Virus record (IMG/VR): IMGVR_UViG_3300009095_000048
Span: 1-30,902 of that record
From: a virus
Lineage: Duplodnaviria > Caudoviricetes
DNA: 30,902 bases
Reading direction: 5' to 3' (one strand)
Shown: in pieces, positions 10,031 through 17,738 of the stretch
Numbering within the stretch: position 1 is the stretch's first letter
Layout: each line of letters begins with the position of its first letter
Program-made: the position numbers and the translations under genes
Notes under the pieces: model-generated
Database searches by the model: none
Seen by the model: only the letters and a program-made list of their open reading frames with translations
Told to the model about the DNA's origin: nothing

Positions 10031-10031
10031 A

Positions 10032-10817
10032 TCAGACTCCGAATCCATACTGAGCTGCTCGGCGGAGGATCGCCTCCGCACGAGCAGCCTGCAAAGCAGC
10101 GGTGTTCTCGTCCGCTGCCTTTGTCTTCTGTCGGGTCAGGTCATTTATGAACTGCTCATTCGAGGTACTGATCCCCGTGTACTGATCGTCCAGGGACCGA
10201 GCGAGGTTCTCTTGTGCGTCACCGTATGCCTGGCTCTGGATCATGTTCCGAGAAGCGAAGTCGTTGAGCATCGCCTGGTAGGCACGACCAGCAGCGGTGT
10301 TCAGGTCCTCGTAGTTCCAGGTTCCCTTCGCCCCTTCGGCTGCAGGCTCGATGTAGCCGAGCTGCTGAAGAGCCTTGCTGTAGTCGAGTTTCCGGTTCTC
10401 CAGCTGAGAGTCGATGTCCGCGTTGAAGTTCGACAGCTGCTTTGCCAGGGCTGCGAGAGCAGCCTGGTACGTAGCATCTCCCTTGAGGTAGTCCTCTTCG
10501 GACGGGACACCAGAGTCGACAGAGAGACCGCCTCCCCCGCCGCCTCCGCCACCGAAGTAGGACCCCCCGCCACCGCCGTAGGAGCCTCCGCTGCGAGCAG
10601 TGTTTCGAGCCGGTGCAGAAGGTCGTGCGACGTAGTTCGTCGCAGGCTTTAGCACAGTCCTAGTTCCCGCAGGCGTGAGGTTCTGTATGCGCTGCTGGGT
10701 CGTCTGCTTGCCTGCAATCTGGTTGCCGAGCTGCTGGTTCCAGTACTGGAAGGTTTTGTTGCTGAGTGCGCCACCGCCGCCAGAGCCCTTTACAGGCTGA
10801 CTGATCTTGATTGCCAT
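10032..10817 (-). CDS. Putative internal virion protein (261 aa, Gly-rich linker + helical C-terminus)
   Basis: TAATG coupling to the upstream gene. Lies between the nozzle and the large ejection protein. Confidence 0.6.
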   Translation of the reverse strand: MAIKISQPVKGSGGGGALSNKTFQYWNQQLGNQIAGKQTTQQRIQNLTPAGTRTVLKPATNYVARPSAPARNTARSGGSYGGGGGSYFGGGGGGGGGLSVDSGVPSEEDYLKGDATYQAALAALAKQLSNFNADIDSQLENRKLDYSKALQQLGYIEPAAEGAKGTWNYEDLNTAAGRAYQAMLNDFASRNMIQSQAYGDAQENLARSLDDQYTGISTSNEQFINDLTRQKTKAADENTAALQAARAEAILRRAAQYGFGV

Positions 10818-11029
10818 TACCGGCCTCCCTGCTGTCTCTTCATGATGGCCCTGCGGCGAGCGTCACGTGCGGTGTATCCGGCCTTGCCCTGAGTCCCGGT
10901 CTTGCCCATGTTCGGGTACGGCCTGCCGCCGCCATAAGCCTTGCGGCCTGCAGCCTGAGCGCTGTACCCGCCACCACCCGTGGTAGACGCATTGATCCCC
11001 TTCAGGGGGTTGAGGAAGTTCGCGGCCAT
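10817..11029 (-). CDS. Small basic Gly/Arg-rich protein (70 aa), likely virion-associated
   Basis: Fills the gap in the operon and is translationally coupled to the next gene. Confidence 0.65.
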   Translation of the reverse strand: MAANFLNPLKGINASTTGGGGYSAQAAGRKAYGGGRPYPNMGKTGTQGKAGYTARDARRRAIMKRQQGGR

Positions 11030-11043
11030 GCTGGCATCCTACC

Positions 11044-13167
11044 TTACGAAACGGTCTTGGAAACAGTCTGCTTCTCGGTCATGTACGTCGACAGGGTGAA
11101 GATCTGTACGGGAGCCGTACTCGATGACCCGTCCGTCTGGAAGGTGATCCGGAACTGCAGCTGTCGGAATCGGAGCTTCTTGAAGAACTTCACGAACTTC
11201 CGGGACGGGCCAGGGCCGGTAGAAACATCGGATACGACAGAGGGGTCGCTCAGGTACGGGTGCGTCCAGGTGCCGCTCAGGAGCCTCCCCCAGGACGCGC
11301 CCTCTGCGAGGAGCTTCCCCCATGTCGACGACAGGTTGTAGACGCCGGGGATCACCTGGCCTCTGATGTTCGTCTTGAAGATCGCGTCGATCCCCCACCA
11401 GAACAGCACCTTGAACGAGCCAGGGACGTCGAAGTTGTAGTTCTTCGTGACGAGCACGCAGAGCATGTCCTCGGAGGCGTCAGAGACCCTGTCTTCGATC
11501 TTCAGCAGGGAGATTCCACGGAAGGTGAACTTGCGGCTCGGGCTGTTCCCGTCCTCGTTGTCCCAGCCGTAGCTGATGTCAGGGTCGGCAGAGACGGTGT
11601 CTCCGTCGAAGTACCCCTCGATCTCCAGCGGCTTCGTGTCCCAGATGACGTCGTCGAGGTACACGACCTGGTCGACGGTAGCGTTTTCGATCCGGGGGTA
11701 CACCCGGATGAAGTTGACTCCGGGCTCTGCAGCGATCGGGGTCTCGAAGGTCACCTCAGTCCACTCTGACGAGCTCAGGGAGACAGGGGCGCTGTCGTAG
11801 GGAGAGGAGATGTCCCCGTCTGAGAGACCCTCGGTGCCGCCAGTAACGAAGTGCATTCTCACTGCGCCTGTAGCTGTGCCGGAGGCCAGTCTCAGCCTCA
11901 TGCTGATGTACGCCTTCTCTCCGACGTTGATAGCCATGTTGTCCTGGCGTATCTGCCCGCCCGTTGCGGTCATGACGAAGGACGCACAGTGAGCACTACC
12001 GGGGATGTCGGTGACCCGTGTAAGGTCCTTCGCCCCTGACGACGCGCTCCAGTTCCGGAGATCCTTCTTGAAGGACGGGTTCCAGCTGCGGTTCCGAGCG
12101 ATGGTCGCACGCGGAGTCACGGACGCGGACGGCAAGGCGTAGGCCACGCCTGTCTGATCGTCCGTGAACGGCATCATCAGCTGTCCGATAGGCCCCCAGG
12201 TATCGGAACGCCAGGTCGTCCAGGTCTGCGTCCGAAGACTGTAGACGTAGATCATCTCGTAGTAGCTGTAAAGAACACGGTTGTTGAACAGCGAGACGGT
12301 GAACGGGTTGTCGGTCGAGCCAGGGTTCAGGGTGCGGAACGGCACCTTGGTGTTGATCTGCTCTGCCCTGTTGTTCACGAACCGGTAGGCGTTCTCGTCG
12401 TACATGAAGTACAGGTAGTTCTCGTAGGTCACGAGAGCGTGACGAGACTGCAGACCGACGCCAGGGACGATGACCCCCTGCGTAGCCGATGCAGGGTCCT
12501 GGCTGTACTGGAAGCTCCAGATGCTCTTGGTGCGGAAGACAAGCATCGTGTCGTAGTAAGCGAGGATCTTCACGACGTTCTGGCCGTCGCCGGAGCCGAC
12601 GTCGAGGAACGCCGGGGTCTTCCAGAAGTCGGGCTGCCCGATCACCTTCGAGTAGTAAATCCGGGTCGGGTTATCGCCGCCGATGCCCTGTGCGATCCAC
12701 AGACGGCTCTTGTAGGAGGTGATGCTCGCCCCTCGGGGCATGTCCGCGTCAGCGACAAAGCCGCCAGAGGGGGTCCAGTACCCTCCGGGGTCCGCCTCAC
12801 CGACAGGGGAGACAAGCCACGCCTTCCCGTCGAACTGAGTCATGTCGGTGGCCGACAGAGCGCTTGTGACGAGCGTCCAGGAGCCCTGATAGTACGCCCA
12901 GGTCGAGGAATCGCCGTCACTCGCCAGGAGGTACGGGCTGCCGTCTGTGTCGTAGAAGTAGCCGAGCATCTGCGGGTTGCCGATGCCGGACACAGGAAGA
13001 GGCTTCCCGGTGTCTGTAAAGGGCGGGCGGCTGCGGAGAGACCCGTCCAGGCCGGGGTCGAAGTTCAGCGCCTCGGCACACTCCTTGTCATGCAGCGCTG
13101 TGGGGTCGTCGTAGGTGTTGACGCCTCGTGAGAATGGCCCGATGAGGATGGCCTTGCGGGAAGTCAC
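11044..13167 (-). CDS. Tail nozzle / tubular protein B-like (beta-propeller) with inserted CBM-like domain
   Basis: N-terminal GVNTYDDP..ECAEALNFD..GSLRSRP, beta-rich repeats (RLWIA, RIYYS, LVFRTKSIWSF), C-terminal FRQLQFRI. Directly follows the adaptor gene. Confidence 0.7.
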   Translation of the reverse strand: MTSRKAILIGPFSRGVNTYDDPTALHDKECAEALNFDPGLDGSLRSRPPFTDTGKPLPVSGIGNPQMLGYFYDTDGSPYLLASDGDSSTWAYYQGSWTLVTSALSATDMTQFDGKAWLVSPVGEADPGGYWTPSGGFVADADMPRGASITSYKSRLWIAQGIGGDNPTRIYYSKVIGQPDFWKTPAFLDVGSGDGQNVVKILAYYDTMLVFRTKSIWSFQYSQDPASATQGVIVPGVGLQSRHALVTYENYLYFMYDENAYRFVNNRAEQINTKVPFRTLNPGSTDNPFTVSLFNNRVLYSYYEMIYVYSLRTQTWTTWRSDTWGPIGQLMMPFTDDQTGVAYALPSASVTPRATIARNRSWNPSFKKDLRNWSASSGAKDLTRVTDIPGSAHCASFVMTATGGQIRQDNMAINVGEKAYISMRLRLASGTATGAVRMHFVTGGTEGLSDGDISSPYDSAPVSLSSSEWTEVTFETPIAAEPGVNFIRVYPRIENATVDQVVYLDDVIWDTKPLEIEGYFDGDTVSADPDISYGWDNEDGNSPSRKFTFRGISLLKIEDRVSDASEDMLCVLVTKNYNFDVPGSFKVLFWWGIDAIFKTNIRGQVIPGVYNLSSTWGKLLAEGASWGRLLSGTWTHPYLSDPSVVSDVSTGPGPSRKFVKFFKKLRFRQLQFRITFQTDGSSSTAPVQIFTLSTYMTEKQTVSKTVS

Positions 13168-13808
13168 CAGATGTCCTGAATCACAGGGTAGGTGAGGTGT
13201 GCGACCTCACGTTCCTCTTCGGCCTGCTCCTCCAGAGCGCCCCGGAAGTGGCCCTCCTTCAGCTGAGCGCCGTTCCAGTCCTCGTCCATCTCATAGCACT
13301 TCCAGAGGATGTAGTCCACTACCGCCTGGTAGTACTTGTCCGGGACGTCGAGAAGCTCCTCGTCTGCCCCCGACAGGGGGGTCGGGTATCGGGTGTAGTA
13401 GAGCGCGATCTCCTTCTCCGTGTCAGGGGAGGGGTACAGCACGAATTCGCCGTCCCACTCGTACCAGCAGACAGGGACGCCGCTCTGCTCTCCGTGAGGG
13501 TCGTTGGACTGGATGCGGGTCTGAGCCTCTGCCATCTCGACCGCCCGGAGCGGGCTGCCGTCGAAGGTCAGCGATGCGACCTGCTGGATGAGCTCTGTCG
13601 GGAAGGTGTAGTTCGCCTGGCCGGGTACGCTCATAGACGTGCTCTTGGCCTTGAAGATCTTGTTATTCGTGTTGATGGCCTGCTGTGCGTCATTGGCCCA
13701 CTGCAGGATGTCTGCGTCTTCGAGCTGCACGCCCGCCTCGTCACCGAAGAGGCGCTTTACAGCCCGCTTGACGTTCCCCTAGGTCCGGGTCGATGCGCGA
13801 AGCGTCAT
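13164..13808 (-). CDS. Head-to-tail adaptor / tail tubular protein A-like, with in-frame TAG at codon 10 (13779-13781)
   Basis: GGAGG-preceded ATG at 13808 reads MTLRASTRT*GNVKRAVKRLFGDEAG in frame with the ORF-track protein from 13730. The C-terminal LYPSP..LDVPDKYYQAVVDY pattern is typical of podovirus adaptors. Confidence 0.7.
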
Positions 13809-13810
13809 GG

Positions 13811-14278
13811 CTACCTCCGGAAGGTCTGGCCGTTGTGTCTGAACCAATCCTCGTGATCCCGGCCACCAGATGCCAGGTTCGCCATCAAGTCTACCCGCTC
13901 GGCCCGCTCATCCGCTTCGCCCTTCTCCTTCAGGAGTTCAGCAGCAATTCGCTTGGCCTCCAGGCGGTTGAAAATCGCATCAGGGTTATGCTTGCGGAAG
14001 TCGCCCTCCCAGATCCAGAGAAGGACCTGCTGGGGGTCGTCCATCTCATGAGCGCTGAGGTAGCGGACGACGTACTTGTCGCGACCGTCTCTGGGCGTCT
14101 GCACAATCCGAAACGGCTTGGCATCATCGTCAGTTCGTTCCAGGGAAGGAATGAACTCGACAGAGAGGGTGTCGTCGTAGTCGTGGAGAATCTCCGCGAG
14201 GTGCTGATGCTTCGAGTCGATGAAGTCTCGGACAGTGCTGTCGTAGGTCTTCGCTGATCCGGTCGTGAAGGAAGTCAT
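13811..14278 (-). CDS. Hypothetical protein in virion operon (155 aa)
   Basis: Tightly packed ORF with phage-like codon usage. Confidence 0.75.
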   Translation of the reverse strand: MTSFTTGSAKTYDSTVRDFIDSKHQHLAEILHDYDDTLSVEFIPSLERTDDDAKPFRIVQTPRDGRDKYVVRYLSAHEMDDPQQVLLWIWEGDFRKHNPDAIFNRLEAKRIAAELLKEKGEADERAERVDLMANLASGGRDHEDWFRHNGQTFRR

Positions 14279-14287
14279 GGGGTTACC

Positions 14288-14830
14288 TTACCAGGCCCTT
14301 CCGTAGTCGACACCCTTGGAGTGCTCGCTACTGTCGCCGTCCACGGGGACTAGGTTGTCCCAGACACTCTTATCTACTAGCCACGTGGTCACGAAGCTCC
14401 CGACCACCTCCGCATCTTCCCGGCTCAGGGTGAAGTCTTTCCTCCCTGCGGTCCCTGCCCGAACTATGCTGAACGACCCCTCAGTCCACAGACCGGGAAC
14501 CGAGGTGCTACCTGTCCGAAACGGATAGCCAGGGAAGGTGGCGATGAAGCTTACGTCGGTCTGCAGGGGGCCGCCCCCCAGGATGTTGGTCTGTCCGGCA
14601 CGGAAAGTTTCCTCATACCAACCCGCCCCGCCTCCGCCCCCCTGCGCCTGCCCCCGAAGTGCGGCGGCGAAGTACAGAGCCAGCATAGAGTCATTCACCC
14701 GACCCATCACCGACCAAGGCTGGTCACTGCTGTATCGGTACGCGAGCTGGTCCTCCGGCTTGTGCGCAAACCTGATGCGGCAAAATTGGAAGTTGTCGCC
14801 CTGAATGATCGTTGGCTCAGCCACGATCAA
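14288..14830 (-). CDS. Hypothetical protein (180 aa), possibly virion decoration/receptor-related
   Basis: TTGA overlap with the upstream gene. Contains noticeably more A/T-ending codons than its neighbours. Confidence 0.6.
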   Translation of the reverse strand: MIVAEPTIIQGDNFQFCRIRFAHKPEDQLAYRYSSDQPWSVMGRVNDSMLALYFAAALRGQAQGGGGGAGWYEETFRAGQTNILGGGPLQTDVSFIATFPGYPFRTGSTSVPGLWTEGSFSIVRAGTAGRKDFTLSREDAEVVGSFVTTWLVDKSVWDNLVPVDGDSSEHSKGVDYGRAW

Positions 14831-15237
14831 ACCTTTGTCGTCCAGACGAGCGATCCTGTATCGTCGTGCTCCAGCACCTGTGCAGTCGATTCACTGTACC
14901 CGGGGATCGCGCGGAAGAACGCCGCGACGCCCTGATGCAGACGCTGTCCGGAGATGACCCGCATTCCGGTGGCATTAGGGTTTTGCGCCTCGGCCTGCGG
15001 CATAGAGCTGTAGGTGGTGTCCGGTGGGGTCGACCAAGACCCGTCGCCACGAAGGTAGGTCGACGCTGACGGGGTGCCTGTGGCCTCGATCCCGTCAGGT
15101 ACAGCGACAGGGCCGGAGGGGAGCCCGCCGTCGACGGCAGCCAGGAAGTAGGCGTACCGGAGGTCCTGGATGCTCTTCCCTGTCGGGTCGTCGATGACCG
15201 ACTCGTAGAACGCTCTTTCGGCGTCAGTTACACTCAC
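14827..15237 (-). CDS. Putative fibre/decoration protein (136 aa)
   Basis: AGGAG RBS. TGTPSASTYLRGDGSWSTP is a motif common in phage fibre proteins. Lies immediately after the capsid gene. Confidence 0.6.
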   Translation of the reverse strand: MSVTDAERAFYESVIDDPTGKSIQDLRYAYFLAAVDGGLPSGPVAVPDGIEATGTPSASTYLRGDGSWSTPPDTTYSSMPQAEAQNPNATGMRVISGQRLHQGVAAFFRAIPGYSESTAQVLEHDDTGSLVWTTKV

Positions 15238-15258
15238 GATTGCTCCTTGGGAACGGGA

Positions 15259-15294
15259 GAGGGCCTCTCCGGAGACTATACCAGAGAGGCCCTC
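15259..15294 (-). terminator. Hairpin after the major capsid gene (putative terminator/attenuator)
   Basis: 11 bp stem GAGGGCCTCTC/GAGAGGCCCTC, 12 nt past the capsid stop. The U-tract is weak. Confidence 0.6.
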
Positions 15295-15305
15295 AGCGAC
15301 ATCAC

Positions 15306-16505
15306 TCAGCCTTCGGTGATGTCCTTGATGACGCCGTGAGTGTTGCGGCGGTCGGTGCCGAGCTCGTGACGCTCAACCAGGTGGGCGTACCAGGCGTCGT
15401 AGACGCCGCTGGAGTCCCGGAGCTGCTTGAACATCGAGCCGTCGCGGTCCAGCCAGTCCCATTCCTTGTCGCGGTAGAACGTCAGAGCGTCCTCGTTGAT
15501 GAAGTACTGGGTGCCCAGCGGGGCGTCGACATCCGCCACGACAGGGATCTCGCCCTGGTCCGTGGTGAAGGCCAGGCCCTTGAAGCCGCCCTTGAACTCC
15601 TGCTCGTTGACGATCGAGCGGAGCTGGCTCAGCAGGTTCCAGTATGCGCGGCGCACGCCGAGCGACTGGAAGATGACGGTCGTCTTGCCGCCACGCACAC
15701 GAATGCGGTCGGCCATCTGGACCATCAGCTGCTCCGTGATGGCACGGCCCGAGCCACTGTTTTCGTCGACCTCAGAGGTCCACTCCGGCTCGACAGAGGG
15801 GTTGATGTTGTAGACGACGGAGCTGTCGTCCACGATGGCCGCGAAGCCGGTGATCTCCTTCGACAGGGAGCCCTGTCGAGTGATGACCTGTCCGTTGGAC
15901 ACGGACGGGGCCGCACCCGAGATGGTGACCGTGTTGTTCTGCACGGAAACGGCGGTGATGGTGCGGTTCGAGATCGCGACGGTGGACGGGAGCGTGACGA
16001 TGTCGACGTTTGCGCCGATCCAGAAGAGACGGGCGTCCTCGACAGGGATGACGTTGCCGGTCGCGGCACCCGTGATGGTGCTGATCGTTCCGGAGCCGTC
16101 ACCGTAGATCTGGCGGTTCATGTCCTTCTTGACGTCGACCTTGAGACGCTCGATCTCCTCGTCGATCGAACGAGCGAACGCCTTGGAGTCGCGGTCGGCC
16201 TGGTCGATTGCCTGCCCGGTGATCTGAAGTCCGCCGTAGGCGCTCTTCAGGGCGAGACGGGCAGCCGCGTAGCCCTGCTGACCGGGGACGGGCAGCGGGT
16301 CCATCTCGTTCCGCGAACCCAGGCCGCTGTTGCGACGAGTGTGGATCGGGAACGTGACGTACTTGCCGTTCGTCTCGGAGCTGACGCCCGCACCCGATCG
16401 GGTGACGCGCTTAAGCGTGGTGATCTCCTCGTTGAGCTGACGCCGGATCTTCCCGGTGTATACCTCCTTGAGGTACGGCTCAATCGTGGCGAGAGTGGCA
16501 GCCAT
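15306..16505 (-). CDS. Major capsid protein (399 aa)
   Basis: Follows portal and scaffold, strongly biased codons, GGAAGGA RBS, downstream hairpin. Patterns VKKDMNRQIYGDGSG, FKGGFKGL and GEIPVVADVDAP are typical of HK97-fold capsid proteins. Confidence 0.88.
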   Translation of the reverse strand: MAATLATIEPYLKEVYTGKIRRQLNEEITTLKRVTRSGAGVSSETNGKYVTFPIHTRRNSGLGSRNEMDPLPVPGQQGYAAARLALKSAYGGLQITGQAIDQADRDSKAFARSIDEEIERLKVDVKKDMNRQIYGDGSGTISTITGAATGNVIPVEDARLFWIGANVDIVTLPSTVAISNRTITAVSVQNNTVTISGAAPSVSNGQVITRQGSLSKEITGFAAIVDDSSVVYNINPSVEPEWTSEVDENSGSGRAITEQLMVQMADRIRVRGGKTTVIFQSLGVRRAYWNLLSQLRSIVNEQEFKGGFKGLAFTTDQGEIPVVADVDAPLGTQYFINEDALTFYRDKEWDWLDRDGSMFKQLRDSSGVYDAWYAHLVERHELGTDRRNTHGVIKDITEG

Positions 16506-16532
16506 TGGACTGTCCTTCCGTGTGATGGTGGA

Positions 16533-17405
16533 TTACTGCTTGTTCTGTTCGAGCAGCTCAGCCAGTGCGTTCTGACTCTCCTCGCGGGAGAGCTCTGCGA
16601 AAGGCTTGCGCTGCCCAGCCGGAACACCGCCACCTGCTCCGGGGAGTCGCGGGGCTGTGTCGTTCGGGCGAGGTGCAGATCGAATACGGTCGACGAGGCT
16701 GAAGTATTCCTTCGCCACCTCTTCCAGCGAGCGGATGTTCTGAGGTCCAGAGGCCGCGTACTGGAAGTGACGGTTGTAGATCTCTCGCTTGTCGTCCTCG
16801 GTCAGCTCGGGGTGAGCCTTCTCGAAGGCGTCGAACTCCTGAGCAACTTCCTGCTCGGCCTTGGCCTGGAGCTGCTCCATCTGGAACTGCTCCTGCTGTG
16901 CCTGAAGGAACTGCTGCTGCTGCTCGAACTGACGCTGAAGCTCAGCGAGCTTCTTGTCAGTCTCGGGGAGATCTTCGTCGTCCTCGGCGTTGTCGACGAC
17001 CTCCTGAACCTCGGCGTCCGTCTGCGGGAGACGTCCGTTCTGCTTCAGGAAATCGTGGAGCGCGGAGTAGATCTTCTCGGGCTCGTCATTCAGCTGACGG
17101 AGAAGACCGAAGCCCTGAGTGACCTGTTCGGGCGTGATGCCCTGGTCCTCGAAAGCCTTCCACGGCTCGTACTTCGCGTTCGCCTTGGTAATACCGCTGT
17201 TGAATCCTTTTTCGATCTTCTGGAGATCGGGGAGGATGGACTCGAACTGGATTCCGAGGGTCTGCCGGATCGGCTCGAAGACGGGGTTGTACCCACTCTC
17301 GTGCTGAGGCGTCTCTTCGGTTTCCCGCTCAACTTCAGGGCTGTTCTCCTGGCCCTGGTCTACGACCTCTGCCTCGGAGTCTTGGCCCATCTCTTCGGGG
17401 TCCAT
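16533..17405 (-). CDS. Capsid scaffolding protein (290 aa)
   Basis: Very acidic, Gln/Glu-rich coiled coil with a Pro/Gly-rich tail, immediately upstream of the capsid gene. Confidence 0.75.
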   Translation of the reverse strand: MDPEEMGQDSEAEVVDQGQENSPEVERETEETPQHESGYNPVFEPIRQTLGIQFESILPDLQKIEKGFNSGITKANAKYEPWKAFEDQGITPEQVTQGFGLLRQLNDEPEKIYSALHDFLKQNGRLPQTDAEVQEVVDNAEDDEDLPETDKKLAELQRQFEQQQQFLQAQQEQFQMEQLQAKAEQEVAQEFDAFEKAHPELTEDDKREIYNRHFQYAASGPQNIRSLEEVAKEYFSLVDRIRSAPRPNDTAPRLPGAGGGVPAGQRKPFAELSREESQNALAELLEQNKQ

Positions 17406-17490
17406 CTCTATCCTTTCTGCTGTACTCGAACGATTCGAGCCTTGGCTGCTTGTGAGTTACTGTAGCACACCCTTTACAGGGCGTGACTTC

Positions 17491-17724
17491 TTAGTTGTCG
17501 CCGGACTCTTCCTCGGGAGCGACGTAACGAACCGGAACCTCGACGCCCAGACTGCGGGCGATGCTGGTGAGGTCATTTCGGTTGCACTTGTCGAGATAGT
17601 CATCAGTGTAGATGCCCTCCTCGTCCGCCTCCTTGATGGCGTCTCGGATGTCCGACAGGTACGCCTTCACGGGCCTGAACGGGTGCTGAGGTTCGATCTC
17701 ATTGGTGAGGTCTACGGTAGCCAT
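17491..17724 (-). CDS. Hypothetical protein (77 aa)
   Basis: Fills the portal-scaffold gap, phage-like codons. Confidence 0.7.
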   Translation of the reverse strand: MATVDLTNEIEPQHPFRPVKAYLSDIRDAIKEADEEGIYTDDYLDKCNRNDLTSIARSLGVEVPVRYVAPEEESGDN

Positions 17725-17738
17725 GTCCTAATCCTTCG

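Noticed and set aside
10530-10585. CCG/CCA-rich tandem repeats
   Set aside because: They simply encode a poly-Gly linker (GGSYGGGGGSYFGGGGGGGG).
13779-13781. Genome-wide TAG reassignment (alternative genetic code)
   Set aside because: Only one in-frame TAG was found. Other TAGs end genes at sensible boundaries, and no tRNA is visible in the window.
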